Source: a virus (lineage: Duplodnaviria; Caudoviricetes). Taken from it: a DNA stretch of 64,000 bases. The stretch is taken from IMG/VR virus record IMGVR_UViG_2852055501_000011, positions 1 to 64,000 of that record; one strand, written 5' to 3'. Of the stretch, positions 1 to 10,987 are shown in pieces. Below the pieces are notes generated by a model that did no database searches, was not told where the DNA came from, and saw nothing but the letters and a program-made list of their open reading frames with translations. Within the stretch, counting starts at the first letter, position 1, and each line of letters begins with the position of its first letter. The position numbers and the translations under genes were made by a program.

Positions 1-1269
1 TTATTTAAATGCCGGCAGCCAGCCGAACACATCCAGAATGACCGTCAGATACACAATCGCACCGCAGACAATCACCAGATTCAGTACCGCGCTGTTACAC
101 GGCGAACGGTAAATGGTATCGCTGTCGCTGTAGCGTTTGCGGGAGGCTTTTACCAGGAACGGCGGTAAAATCACACTCCAGATAGTAAAGGCCAGACCGG
201 CATAACCGATGGCATAAACGAATCCGTTCGGGAAGAAGAAACACACCACCGCCGGTGGCAGATACGTCACTACCGCTGTTTTGAAACGACCGGCGCTGTC
301 ATTTTTAAAGTTCAGCAGGTCGGCAATATAGTCAAACAGGCCGAGTGTTGCTGCCAGCAGGGAACTGGCCACCGCAAAGTTACCGAAGAATGTCAGGATA
401 AGATCCATGGTTTTCCCTGACATCCTCCCGCCGAGAGCCTCAACGAACACATCAATGTTCCCGCCTTTGGCAATAATCGGGGAGAAGTTGGCACGGCTGA
501 TGTTGCCCATCGTGACCCCCAGCCAGAAGATATACAGCAGTACCGCAAATATTGTCCCGATAATGATTGAACGGGTAATAAAGCGGAATTTGGTTTTGCC
601 GTACAACTTCACCAGGCTCGGCACGTTACCGTGGAAACCGAACGAAATAATACAGAACGGCAGCGTCATCAGAACATAAGGCAGGTATTTCGTTCCGGGT
701 ATTGCCACTGATGCGGAATCCAGCAGATTGGCAATTTCCACGTGTGCAACCAGTCCGGAGAAGGTGGCAAAGAACGCGATAAATTTACCGATAATTAAAA
801 TAGAAGTGATGCGTCCGACCCATAATGAGCTGTACCAGACAATCGCAGCCACCAGACAGGCGACAATCACGACTGCGGCTTTTATCGGCAGGGCGACACC
901 GGTATATTTTAATATCGTCTGAGCCAGAACAGCGGATGACCCGGAGATATAGGCATACGTCAGAATATAGAGTACAAACCCGAAGGCAATACCCACGACA
1001 ATATTCCATTTTTTGCCCAGTAACTCGGTGGTGAAGGTATTAAAGCTGGCGCCCGGTTCAAAATGCAGGTTAACTTCAACTAACATCAGACCGGTCAGTA
1101 ACATCATAATTGCAACTAAAATCAAAATAACGGTGGCACCGGAAAACCAGACACCGGCCATCGCAATCGGCAAAGAAAACATACCGCCGCCAACGACTGT
1201 TGCTATAACAAGCATGGTTCCGCTGGTCAGTCCGGGTGATTTATTTGTATCGGCACTATGAATACTCAT
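1..1269 (-). CDS. Aromatic amino acid (tyrosine) permease, Mtr/TnaB/TyrP family (TutB-like)
   Basis: 422 aa polytopic membrane protein with GTMLVIATVVGGGMFSLP and SFGFHGNVPS family motifs; directly downstream of tpl. Confidence 0.9.
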   Translation of the reverse strand: MSIHSADTNKSPGLTSGTMLVIATVVGGGMFSLPIAMAGVWFSGATVILILVAIMMLLTGLMLVEVNLHFEPGASFNTFTTELLGKKWNIVVGIAFGFVLYILTYAYISGSSAVLAQTILKYTGVALPIKAAVVIVACLVAAIVWYSSLWVGRITSILIIGKFIAFFATFSGLVAHVEIANLLDSASVAIPGTKYLPYVLMTLPFCIISFGFHGNVPSLVKLYGKTKFRFITRSIIIGTIFAVLLYIFWLGVTMGNISRANFSPIIAKGGNIDVFVEALGGRMSGKTMDLILTFFGNFAVASSLLAATLGLFDYIADLLNFKNDSAGRFKTAVVTYLPPAVVCFFFPNGFVYAIGYAGLAFTIWSVILPPFLVKASRKRYSDSDTIYRSPCNSAVLNLVIVCGAIVYLTVILDVFGWLPAFK

Positions 1270-1360
1270 AATAAAAGTTTCCTATTAATGATAAATATCA
1301 CCAACAGCATTCATATTTATCGATTTTATTTGTTCTTTATTGTTATAGGGATGCAGAGAC

Positions 1361-1390
1361 AAAAAGGCCCCATTAAAATAATGAGGCCTC
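1361..1390 (-). terminator. Rho-independent terminator between tpl and the permease
   Basis: Minus strand AGGCCTCATT...AATGGGGCCT followed by TTTTT. Confidence 0.6.
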
Positions 1391-1403
1391 TGTCATCAGA
1401 TAA

Positions 1404-2792
<1,389 letters not shown>

Positions 2793-2986
2793 TTATAATA
2801 ACTTGATAATTTACACAGGCATTTATCTGTTTATAAATATCATGCCTTGTGATGGGTATAAGGTTTATAAATTAGATAGAGTTTTTGTTAATCCGTTTTT
2901 TACAACGGATTGCTTTATTATGTATACAAAAAAATAAAAAGTGAACAAATGTTCTCTAATAAAACCAATGACACATACCCGATAAG

Positions 2987-3004
2987 TGTAAAAATCTAAC
3001 TACA
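2987..3004. promoter_or_regulatory. TyrR box upstream of tpl
   Basis: TGTAAA-AATCTA-ACTACA matches TGTAAA-N6-TTTACA at 10/12, inside the longer palindrome TAAGTGTA...TACACTTA. Confidence 0.6.
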
Positions 3005-3177
3005 CTTAATAAAATATTAAATTAAAAGTAAAATTTTTGTTCATCACCTTTAATTTCACAAGTAATAACCATATTTTAAAATAAAAAAACAAATAGTTAA
3101 ATTACCCACAAACGCCAAATGTTACACACCCGTGTTTTTAATTATAAAAAAATGCAAAAAAAAACACAACATAATCA

Positions 3178-3195
3178 TGCAAACATATATTTACA
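3178..3195. promoter_or_regulatory. TyrR box upstream of tpl
   Basis: TGCAAA-CATATA-TTTACA, 11/12 match; tpl is TyrR-regulated in related enterobacteria. Confidence 0.7.
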
Positions 3196-3599
3196 GTAAA
3201 ATAACAAAGCGGGAAAAATGGTTAGTACTGACTAATTAAAATAAAACTAATTTCATATTAACAAAAAAACATCATTAATATATCTAATAAATACATGTAA
3301 TTATAAATTGCAATATTTAAAAAATAATATGTCTTATTAAAACATTTAAATAAAAAATAAATTTTATTTTAAATGAGGTTATTTTAATGATTGATAACAT
3401 ATTGAAAGTACGACACCATGTGAATAAAAAAAATTAATGAGATATAAGAGTAAAGATATTTAATTAAATTAGTTAATACTTAAACATGACTATTTAGTAA
3501 AAAAAATTATAATTTCATTTGTGCAGTTATATCCGAAAAACAAAACATTGTTCTCAAATATTTACACGTGCATAGATTTGATCTCATATATTCAGAAGT

Positions 3600-4017
3600 A
3601 TTCTCATCTCTTAGGATGATAATAATTTTCTGCGTATATATTCCCATATTGAGCAATATCCCAGTGGAGACAGATGAGCAATAAGCTGTTAATTTGGAGG
3701 GAGCCCTTTCCAGATAATCTATGGCTCTTTCTATAAGTGAAATCGCTGCAGTCAGCAATGTCAGTCCTCTGGCCCAGTAGCTATGGTTTTCCAATCCCCG
3801 CTCTCTGATTTCCCCTAATAGGTGCATAAAGACTGCTCGCACAAGGACATTACGAGCCTCACCTTTATTCAATCCAGCCTGTACGTGTCAGTGCAGAAAA
3901 AGCTCCCAGAACCAATTCAGCATAAATTATACGCCCGATCACTATCAGAACCTTTGCCAGACCATATTGTTTCGGATAACCAACCAACTTTTTCACCATC
4001 AGTGATGCTGTTACCGT
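3600..4017 (-). pseudogene. tnpA: Tn3-family transposase, C-terminal fragment (frameshifted)
   Basis: Reads TVTASLMVKKLVGYPKQYGLAK..IGRI, then [47 protein letters not shown], then [10 protein letters not shown] across frameshifts; boundaries approximate. Confidence 0.88.
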
Positions 4018-4320
4018 TCACCAGAACCGCCTCCTGAAACTTATACGCTAAGGTAGGAAAATGAGTAGCCGAAACCCAGCAAAATTAATGAATATTCGCC
4101 GTTATGCCTCTCAGGTTTATATCGTAGAGTAAGCTAAAGCAATACGTTACTTTCGGGAAGGAATTACTTAACGCCAGGGAATCAGGCGAAGATCTCCAGG
4201 ATCGCAATAGAGGACGTCCTTCCCTAGCAGGAATTCATCAGCAACGTAGACGAGACGCAATTTCTGTCACGGAAGAACAACTTTGGCCATTGCATCTGAA
4301 CACAAAAAATTTCCACACGC
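4016..4320 (+). pseudogene. tnpA: Tn3-family transposase, central fragment in opposite orientation
   Basis: Reads VHQNRLLKLIR*GRKMSSR..RRYAS, SKLKQYVTFGKELLNARESGED and AIEDVLP*QEFISNVDETQFLSRKNNF, with stops, frameshifts and a deletion. Confidence 0.82.
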
Positions 4321-4435
4321 ACATCGAGTCGGGTGGATTCCGGCAGATCACATAGCGCAACATCCTGACAGAATACAGTCACGGACCACGCCGGTAACCA
4401 CCGGCGCAGTTTACCCTGAACTTTCTCCGGTTCCG

Positions 4436-7400
4436 CTATCTGAATGATGCGGAACTGCGTTTGAAGGCCATCACAACCCCTTCCCTCAGAACCACATGTG
4501 CCCTGCCTTTATGCCTGACTCCCACTTCAATTTCTATTTTCACATTCTTTCGTCCACGAGGAATAACCGCATGAGCTGATCCCATAACACTCTGTCCTGA
4601 CCACTGAGAAGTTGCCTGCTGACCAACTCCATCCACACGTATACTAAACCGCAGTTCTCCCGATACCGGACGCGGATTGCTGCCGGAATTATCTTCAATA
4701 ATGGCAGTTATCGAAGGAAGTACTAACGTCATATCATAAAGCATTCCCCCTGCGTAAGTAATTACAGACGTTGCCGTAGTCCAGCCTCCCCCGCCACCAT
4801 GTGTATTTTGTGCGGATGCCTGCGGGTACGAAGCGGCAACCGCAACATCCCCGACCAGTCTCTCCGCATATACCGTCCCCGTAAAACGACCGTCCACACC
4901 GTCCAGGGTCCCTCTGAACACTCCATTGTTAAATTCTGCATTTCCGGTCTGCGCATTCAGAAAATACCCGTTCCGGCCTGTTTCATAATTCACTGATCTG
5001 ATGTGGTTACCGACCAGTAACTTATCAATTGTTGCCTGGCTGATTAGCGCATCGTTAAAAAATGCCTGGCCGTTCTGAATAACAAAAGGGGTTACTACTT
5101 TCCCGTTCAGTGACGATATCACTGCAAAATTTTGAGCATTAACAAGAAACTGACTGTTTCCCTGAGCATTAAACCCCAGTCCGATACCTGTAATGACTTT
5201 ATTCCCTTTGCTGTCCAGCTGGACTTTCATTGTCCACGATGCAGAAATCCTGCCGTTTAAGTCAGTAAGAACCTTTGACGTTTGTTCAATTTTTGCCGAA
5301 TCCGCCCCGACCTGACTTTCCAGACGTGTCACCTGCTGAGCCGTTGATGTGACCCTTCCTGAAACCTCTGTCACACTCGTTTCAAGCCGGTTCACCGCAT
5401 TTGCTGTGGCATTAAACCGCTGTTCACCGGACACCGGTATTTCACCGGCGACAAAACCTTTTGGTGTAACAGATTGCCCGTTACCTGTGTAAGTATCAGT
5501 GACAATCCGGTGACTGACACTTTTATGCCTGGTCAGCTGATATTTTGCGCCTCCGCGTAAATACACATATTCCACCGAGCTGTGAGTCAACTGCGCAGGG
5601 CCCATGACAGGAGACTGATTTGTCCATCGCCAGTCAACATTATCAATAATACGGTTTTCAGACTGAGTCCCCCATCCTGAACCACTCACCTGCCACTCAA
5701 CAATCATGGCAAAGCCCCCGGAGCCGTGAGTTGCATAACCGGGTTTGTTATCTCCGTATTGCCCCAGTGTACGAAATACCCTGAAGTAATAGCGGCGGGA
5801 GGTCGTCAGAGGGAGAATAACCGGGTAATAAGTATTTTCATTTAATGCTGACAGATCCAGATCAACAACAACTGACTCTGTTAAATCAGCCTTTACTTTG
5901 TCCAGTTTACCGGACAACGCCTGTACCTGAGAAGTTGCCTCAGTCACCTCCCCGCCAATATCCGACATACGCTCATCCAGAGCACTGACCACACTGCTGT
6001 CCGCTTTACTGTTGATTTCGGTCAGCAGGTCCTGTGCTAATTGGTCATGGCCTATCTTCCCTGACAAATCAGCCAGTATTTCTCCTGCATCAAATTCAGA
6101 GATCCCCCTGACATAATCGGTCCATGCTGAATAATTACCACTTTTGTCCACCAGCCGGGCGCGGAAATAAAACGCGGTACCGGCGGCCAGACCGGCAAGC
6201 TCATGAGAGCGGGACGGGTACGGCACATCGGCCAGCAGTAACAGATTCTGACCATCATTGGTTTTGCTGTACTGAATTTCAGTTTTCAGGGTATCTTCCG
6301 TGAATTTCCCGAACTCCCAGTTCAGTTTGATCCCGAATACCAGCGTGGACGCCCGGAAGTTCAGCGGCATCGGCGGATCACCCACTTTCCCGGTCAGCCG
6401 GGTCTCCTCTGAATATCCCCAGCCGCTGGAGATTTCCGCTGCATTTATCGCCCTGACCCGCACCAGATAGCGGCCTGAATAGACTCCGGGCACGTCAAAC
6501 GAGGTGGTGGCATTGCGCGGCACATTGATCCAGTTGCCGTCATCACGCCGCCACTGCGCCTCGTAGGCAATGGCATTCTCTGCCGGTGACCAGGTAACCT
6601 GCATGGTTTCAATGCTGATCCCCTGGTTCACGACAGAATAGGAGCTGATGGTAATATCTTTCGGCGGGAACTGGTTGCCGGGCGGAATAACACTGACTGG
6701 CCGTTCATCGAGTACCGCGCCGGTGTCTATCCGGTCGTATTTGTCCGGATCATGCATGGCCGCCGATATCGTGAACGTGCCGTCATCATTCTCAGTCACG
6801 CTCACCACACGATACTGCTGGGCGTACAGCTCATCTGATTCCGTTACCCAGACACATTCCGGTTCCGGCGTTTCACTGTATTCCGTGGTAACGGTTATAA
6901 CGTTATCCGTGACCATCTGGATGGTGCGGGCCTGTGATTTACCGGACGGAAGATTCAGCATCAGCCTGTCACCCGGCGCGGCATCCGGTTTGCGGTCGAG
7001 GGTGATACTCCGGCCATTCACCGCACTGACACGGCCGCCGGTGACTTTCCCGGACAGATTTTCATCCGCCACCGCAATGATGTACCCCGGCTGCGGAATA
7101 TTGCCATCCAGACCCACCTTGAATGTCACCACCCGGTCTTTGTTATTGGTGAGTATGCCCCAGCGGCCTTTACGGTTGGCCTCTGACTGGCGGGTACAGC
7201 CGATCGCCGTCATCTCCAGCTGATTAAAGCCGAACCGGTAAACCAGCTCATTTTCAAACACCGGCTCCATCGCATCGGCATAGCCGTTCAGCGGATCCGA
7301 GTACGATACCAGCGCGGAGGAATAGCGGGCCTTACTGCTGCTGCCGGAATAGGTGAAACGGCCGTCCAGCACGTTGGCTTTGGTGTAACTGTAATCAATG

Positions 7401-8524
7401 TCACGCGGCATATCCGCCAGGGTGATAATCTGGTTGCCGCCCCAGTAGGTCATACCCCGGAAGATAGCCGCAAAGTCACGCAGCACGGTATAGGCTTCAT
7501 TACGATCCTGCACATACACATCACAGATATAGCGCGGCTCAGTACCGCCGCCGCCCTTGCCGTCCGGTACCGGCTGATCACAATACTGCGCAACCCGGTA
7601 CAGCTCCCATTTATCGATATTCTGCATTTTGATGCGATCGCCGAGGCCGAAGCGATCGGAAACCACAATATCGTAAAATATCCAGGCGGGGTTATTGGTC
7701 CACGCCCATTTAAACGAGCCGTCCCAGGTACCGGAATACGCCCGGTGTTCAGGATCATAGTTAGACGGTATGCGGATAACCCGCATCTTCGGCTCACAGG
7801 TGACCTGCGGGATGGAGCCGTTAAACTGCTTTGAATCAAACTCGATATACAGCAGTGCGGTGTGAGGATAGGTCAGTTTGGCATCAATCACCTCGGTGTA
7901 ACTCTGCAGCACCATGGTGTCACCAATTTTGGCACTGTTGGCATCCTCCGTGATTTTCCGTACCCGCAGTGTCCAGGATGTGGCCGACTGCGGCAGATCA
8001 ATGCGGTGAGTACGCTCATAACCTGAGGTGGTTTTACCTTTCACCCGTCCATCCACAACGGTTTTCCAGCTGCCGCCGTCAGTCTGCAAATCAATGGCGT
8101 ATTTCACCTCGTTGCCGACCATATCCCCGTTATCCTCCTGGCGGAACAGGGACGGCCATTTCAGGCGGACGCGGACCGCGGACAACTGCGGGTTAGTAAA
8201 CGCATGCGCCCATGGTGTGCTGCTTTGTACCGTGGTACCAACTGTGATTTCATTCTCCGCCGCCGGCATCCCCTGAATATAGGTTTGAGCCTGGGTGCCG
8301 GAACGGTATTCCCACACCACGCCGGGAAAGTTTTCTGATCCGTCAGCATTCAGCAGCGGGGTACCGTCCAGAAAGATATTCTTCCCGGTCAGCTCACCGG
8401 CAAATTCACCTTCACCGAGGGCGATCAGCAATTTGGCTTTGGCTACGGACTGTAAGTCGTCCGGTTGTTCGACGGGCGCACGCGGGCTGCCACCGCCACC
8501 TTTGCGGCCTGTGATTTGTGTCAT
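4436..8524 (-). CDS. Tail tip / host specificity protein J
   Basis: 1362 aa; GRKGGG N-terminus, WTNNPAW, FN3-like region and DUF1983-like ISASWTMKVQ..FLVNAQNFAV. Confidence 0.93.
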   Translation of the reverse strand: MTQITGRKGGGGSPRAPVEQPDDLQSVAKAKLLIALGEGEFAGELTGKNIFLDGTPLLNADGSENFPGVVWEYRSGTQAQTYIQGMPAAENEITVGTTVQSSTPWAHAFTNPQLSAVRVRLKWPSLFRQEDNGDMVGNEVKYAIDLQTDGGSWKTVVDGRVKGKTTSGYERTHRIDLPQSATSWTLRVRKITEDANSAKIGDTMVLQSYTEVIDAKLTYPHTALLYIEFDSKQFNGSIPQVTCEPKMRVIRIPSNYDPEHRAYSGTWDGSFKWAWTNNPAWIFYDIVVSDRFGLGDRIKMQNIDKWELYRVAQYCDQPVPDGKGGGGTEPRYICDVYVQDRNEAYTVLRDFAAIFRGMTYWGGNQIITLADMPRDIDYSYTKANVLDGRFTYSGSSSKARYSSALVSYSDPLNGYADAMEPVFENELVYRFGFNQLEMTAIGCTRQSEANRKGRWGILTNNKDRVVTFKVGLDGNIPQPGYIIAVADENLSGKVTGGRVSAVNGRSITLDRKPDAAPGDRLMLNLPSGKSQARTIQMVTDNVITVTTEYSETPEPECVWVTESDELYAQQYRVVSVTENDDGTFTISAAMHDPDKYDRIDTGAVLDERPVSVIPPGNQFPPKDITISSYSVVNQGISIETMQVTWSPAENAIAYEAQWRRDDGNWINVPRNATTSFDVPGVYSGRYLVRVRAINAAEISSGWGYSEETRLTGKVGDPPMPLNFRASTLVFGIKLNWEFGKFTEDTLKTEIQYSKTNDGQNLLLLADVPYPSRSHELAGLAAGTAFYFRARLVDKSGNYSAWTDYVRGISEFDAGEILADLSGKIGHDQLAQDLLTEINSKADSSVVSALDERMSDIGGEVTEATSQVQALSGKLDKVKADLTESVVVDLDLSALNENTYYPVILPLTTSRRYYFRVFRTLGQYGDNKPGYATHGSGGFAMIVEWQVSGSGWGTQSENRIIDNVDWRWTNQSPVMGPAQLTHSSVEYVYLRGGAKYQLTRHKSVSHRIVTDTYTGNGQSVTPKGFVAGEIPVSGEQRFNATANAVNRLETSVTEVSGRVTSTAQQVTRLESQVGADSAKIEQTSKVLTDLNGRISASWTMKVQLDSKGNKVITGIGLGFNAQGNSQFLVNAQNFAVISSLNGKVVTPFVIQNGQAFFNDALISQATIDKLLVGNHIRSVNYETGRNGYFLNAQTGNAEFNNGVFRGTLDGVDGRFTGTVYAERLVGDVAVAASYPQASAQNTHGGGGGWTTATSVITYAGGMLYDMTLVLPSITAIIEDNSGSNPRPVSGELRFSIRVDGVGQQATSQWSGQSVMGSAHAVIPRGRKNVKIEIEVGVRHKGRAHVVLREGVVMAFKRSSASFR

Positions 8525-8557
8525 TGTGGATTTCCTGCTGGATAACTGAAGGGAAAG

Positions 8558-9160
8558 TTACTGCTGATCTTCGACGTAAATTCCGGCTGAGATAACCGCG
8601 CCGCCGATGCGGCGCTTACCATAACCGATCGGTACCGGATAGCCCTGAGAAACGGTGTTCACCGGCGCACCGAATGCATATGATGGTTTATTTTCGCCCT
8701 GGTCTTTCATAGCAAGTCCGCCCGGCTGCGGGGACAACATCTGGATTATACCGCCCAGCATCATGGATACGCCGGTCATGGCCAGCCCGGTATGCATCGC
8801 TCCCCATGCCGCCACTGACGCACCGCCTGTCCAGAACGCAGCAGCCACCATCACCGCGCCGAAAATAACCTGCAGCAATCCCCCGCGTTTGCTGCCGATC
8901 ACAACAGGCACAATCCGGATAACATCATCCGTCACCGGAAAAACGAGGTCATCCACCCCGATATTTTTTTTACCGCGAAATACCGCATACGTTAAGCCGC
9001 GGGATTTACTGGTATTCAGATAGCGTTCAAACCCGGGAATTGTGCAGCATAAAGCACGGACCGCTTCGGAGGTTGTGCTGACCAGGCGCTGATGTATTTT
9101 GCCAAAGGTTTTACCCAGCACACCGCCGAGTACAATTTCCACCATAATTTCCTGTGACAT
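8558..9160 (-). CDS. Tail assembly protein I
   Basis: IRIVPVVIGSK and PSYAFGAPVNTVSQGYPVPIGYG motifs; lies between K and J. Confidence 0.92.
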   Translation of the reverse strand: MSQEIMVEIVLGGVLGKTFGKIHQRLVSTTSEAVRALCCTIPGFERYLNTSKSRGLTYAVFRGKKNIGVDDLVFPVTDDVIRIVPVVIGSKRGGLLQVIFGAVMVAAAFWTGGASVAAWGAMHTGLAMTGVSMMLGGIIQMLSPQPGGLAMKDQGENKPSYAFGAPVNTVSQGYPVPIGYGKRRIGGAVISAGIYVEDQQ

Positions 9161-9192
9161 ATTTCACCCGTAAAAAAAGCCGCCGGAGCGGG

Positions 9193-9897
9193 TCATATCA
9201 GTTGCTCATGACGCAGTACCATCACTGTACGGTCACGCCAGTAACCGCCATATGGTATCCGCTGGCTCAGGTGACCGTATAAGTGATGCAGAAGCATGTT
9301 GTCAGGCAATAAAATACCGGCATGATTGGCAACCGGTGCCTGCACCTGCATCACTATCACATCACCGGGTTGCGGGTCGTCAACCTGAATAAATCCCGCC
9401 TCCTGCCAGTTATCTGTGTACCGGTTTTCGCCCTGCTCCCACCAGGGATAATCCACCCGGTAATCCGGCAGTTCAATGCCGCGTTCCTGCCGGAACCAGC
9501 TCATGACCAGCCCCCAGCAGTCGGTAAACCCGAGCACAAACGGCCGACCGAGTAATGGTAATTCACCGCGCGGCTGAACAGTCCGCAGATCCCCCTCCGG
9601 CCAGCTGACGATGTACCACGGCACGCCAAGGGCATCGCACTGTGCTTTATCCAGTTCTGACGGCTGAGTGGTGGCATCCGGGTGACTGTGCACAATACCG
9701 GTCACCGTACCCCAATCCTCAGCAGCGGCGTAATCCTCCGGTGATAATACGAAGTGCTCTTCCTGCGTGGTCGCAACATTGCGGCAGGGAAAGTATTTCA
9801 CCACCCGGGATTTTTGAGCTATTACTCCGCAGCACTCGCGGGGATATTCACGCTCTGCGTGTGCAAAAATAGCTGCCTGAATGTTTTTACGCATCAT
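9193..9897 (-). CDS. Tail assembly protein K (JAB/MPN plus NlpC/P60)
   Basis: YPRECCG, VHSHP..PSELD and DCWGLV...NHAGI motifs. Confidence 0.93.
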   Translation of the reverse strand: MMRKNIQAAIFAHAEREYPRECCGVIAQKSRVVKYFPCRNVATTQEEHFVLSPEDYAAAEDWGTVTGIVHSHPDATTQPSELDKAQCDALGVPWYIVSWPEGDLRTVQPRGELPLLGRPFVLGFTDCWGLVMSWFRQERGIELPDYRVDYPWWEQGENRYTDNWQEAGFIQVDDPQPGDVIVMQVQAPVANHAGILLPDNMLLHHLYGHLSQRIPYGGYWRDRTVMVLRHEQLI

Positions 9898-10655
9898 TAT
9901 TTCCTCAGTAATGAGGTTCCCGGAAAGCCGCCGAACGGGATCGGATTATTTTTCCCGAAACGGGGAAAGCAGCCGGTATTCAGCATGCCGCTGCACTGAT
10001 CCTGTGCCGGGTCATCCACGCGGTTACCGTGTTTGTCAAAATACCCGTTCTGCCCGGCATAATCACAACCGTCACCGGATTTGTATTTGCCGCGTATGCA
10101 CCAGGTACACATTGCATGCAGTTGCCGCGTCGGGATCAGCACCCCCTGCAAATCCATCGGGCTGGCTAATTCAAACTCGATAACCTCATTGGTTTCCGAG
10201 GATTTGCTGTCGATATAAAAAACCGAGACTTTTTCCTGGGTAGGATCTGCCGCCGGGTTGCCATCCGGAAAATTCGCCGCATCCAGATAGTGTGCCAGGG
10301 TGTCGTGTATCGTGACTTTCGCTTTCAGCATGTCATCGTATGCCAGACACAGTGCGGTGATTGAACCGTCGAGGTTTGCCACCGATAACTTCGGCTGTGC
10401 ACCGGATCCGGTGGTGGATGCCTCTATCCCTTCAATCTGCGCAGGCCAGGCCCGATACTCCTCTCCCTGCCACCAGATGGATTTCGCCGGTAATTTTTCA
10501 GGATCACCACCGGCGGCTGTAATTTCTGCCTCTGTATGTGGGATGTTGTATGCATGGAACCGCAAAATATCCGGCGCACCGAATGCGGTACTGTCAACCT
10601 CAAAAAGCCGGACGGCATTACCCGGTTCCAGCTTCTGGTAGTCATTTGTGATCAT
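9897..10655 (-). CDS. Minor tail protein L
   Basis: C-terminal cysteine cluster CTWCIRG..CDY..CSG..CFPRFG and PFGGFPG. Confidence 0.93.
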   Translation of the reverse strand: MITNDYQKLEPGNAVRLFEVDSTAFGAPDILRFHAYNIPHTEAEITAAGGDPEKLPAKSIWWQGEEYRAWPAQIEGIEASTTGSGAQPKLSVANLDGSITALCLAYDDMLKAKVTIHDTLAHYLDAANFPDGNPAADPTQEKVSVFYIDSKSSETNEVIEFELASPMDLQGVLIPTRQLHAMCTWCIRGKYKSGDGCDYAGQNGYFDKHGNRVDDPAQDQCSGMLNTGCFPRFGKNNPIPFGGFPGTSLLRK

Positions 10656-10987
10656 GGTTTAAATGCCTGGGTAAAAGTGAGAGAAAGTGAATAGTTGTCA
10701 CCGCCGAGCGGGGTGAGCTTATGCTCGTCGCACCGGTACAGACCGACCGGCTCAAGCGGGGGTTTCCACTGAAAAGCCTTTATACCGCCGTGACGGTCGA
10801 TAAACTGACGGATAGTCGCGATATACTCCCCGCGGCCGGTAAATTCCAGTGACCACTTCTGGCTGCGGGGATTAAGACCGTCACCGGACACCTGCTCATA
10901 ACCATCACCGAACTTCGCCCTGCGGGTTTTATAGGTGATGTCCTCCGTGGGATTAACACGGGGACACCAGGTGAAAATTTCAATCAT
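10652..10987 (-). CDS. Minor tail protein M (distal tail)
   Basis: KFGDGYEQ..DGLN and AFQWKPP motifs; follows the tape measure gene. Confidence 0.92.
   Translation of the reverse strand: MIEIFTWCPRVNPTEDITYKTRRAKFGDGYEQVSGDGLNPRSQKWSLEFTGRGEYIATIRQFIDRHGGIKAFQWKPPLEPVGLYRCDEHKLTPLGGDNYSLSLTFTQAFKP

Noticed and set aside
3296-3312. Third TyrR box TGTAAT..ATTGCA
   Set aside because: Spacer is 5 rather than 6 bp, in very AT-rich DNA where chance matches are likely
3507-3872. Novel 121 aa protein
   Set aside because: It is a frameshifted Tn3 TnpA fragment whose tail is out-of-frame sequence
4321-5000. Diversity-generating retroelement or invertible tail-fibre cassette at the J C-terminus
   Set aside because: No reverse transcriptase, invertase, template repeat or inverted crossover sites were seen
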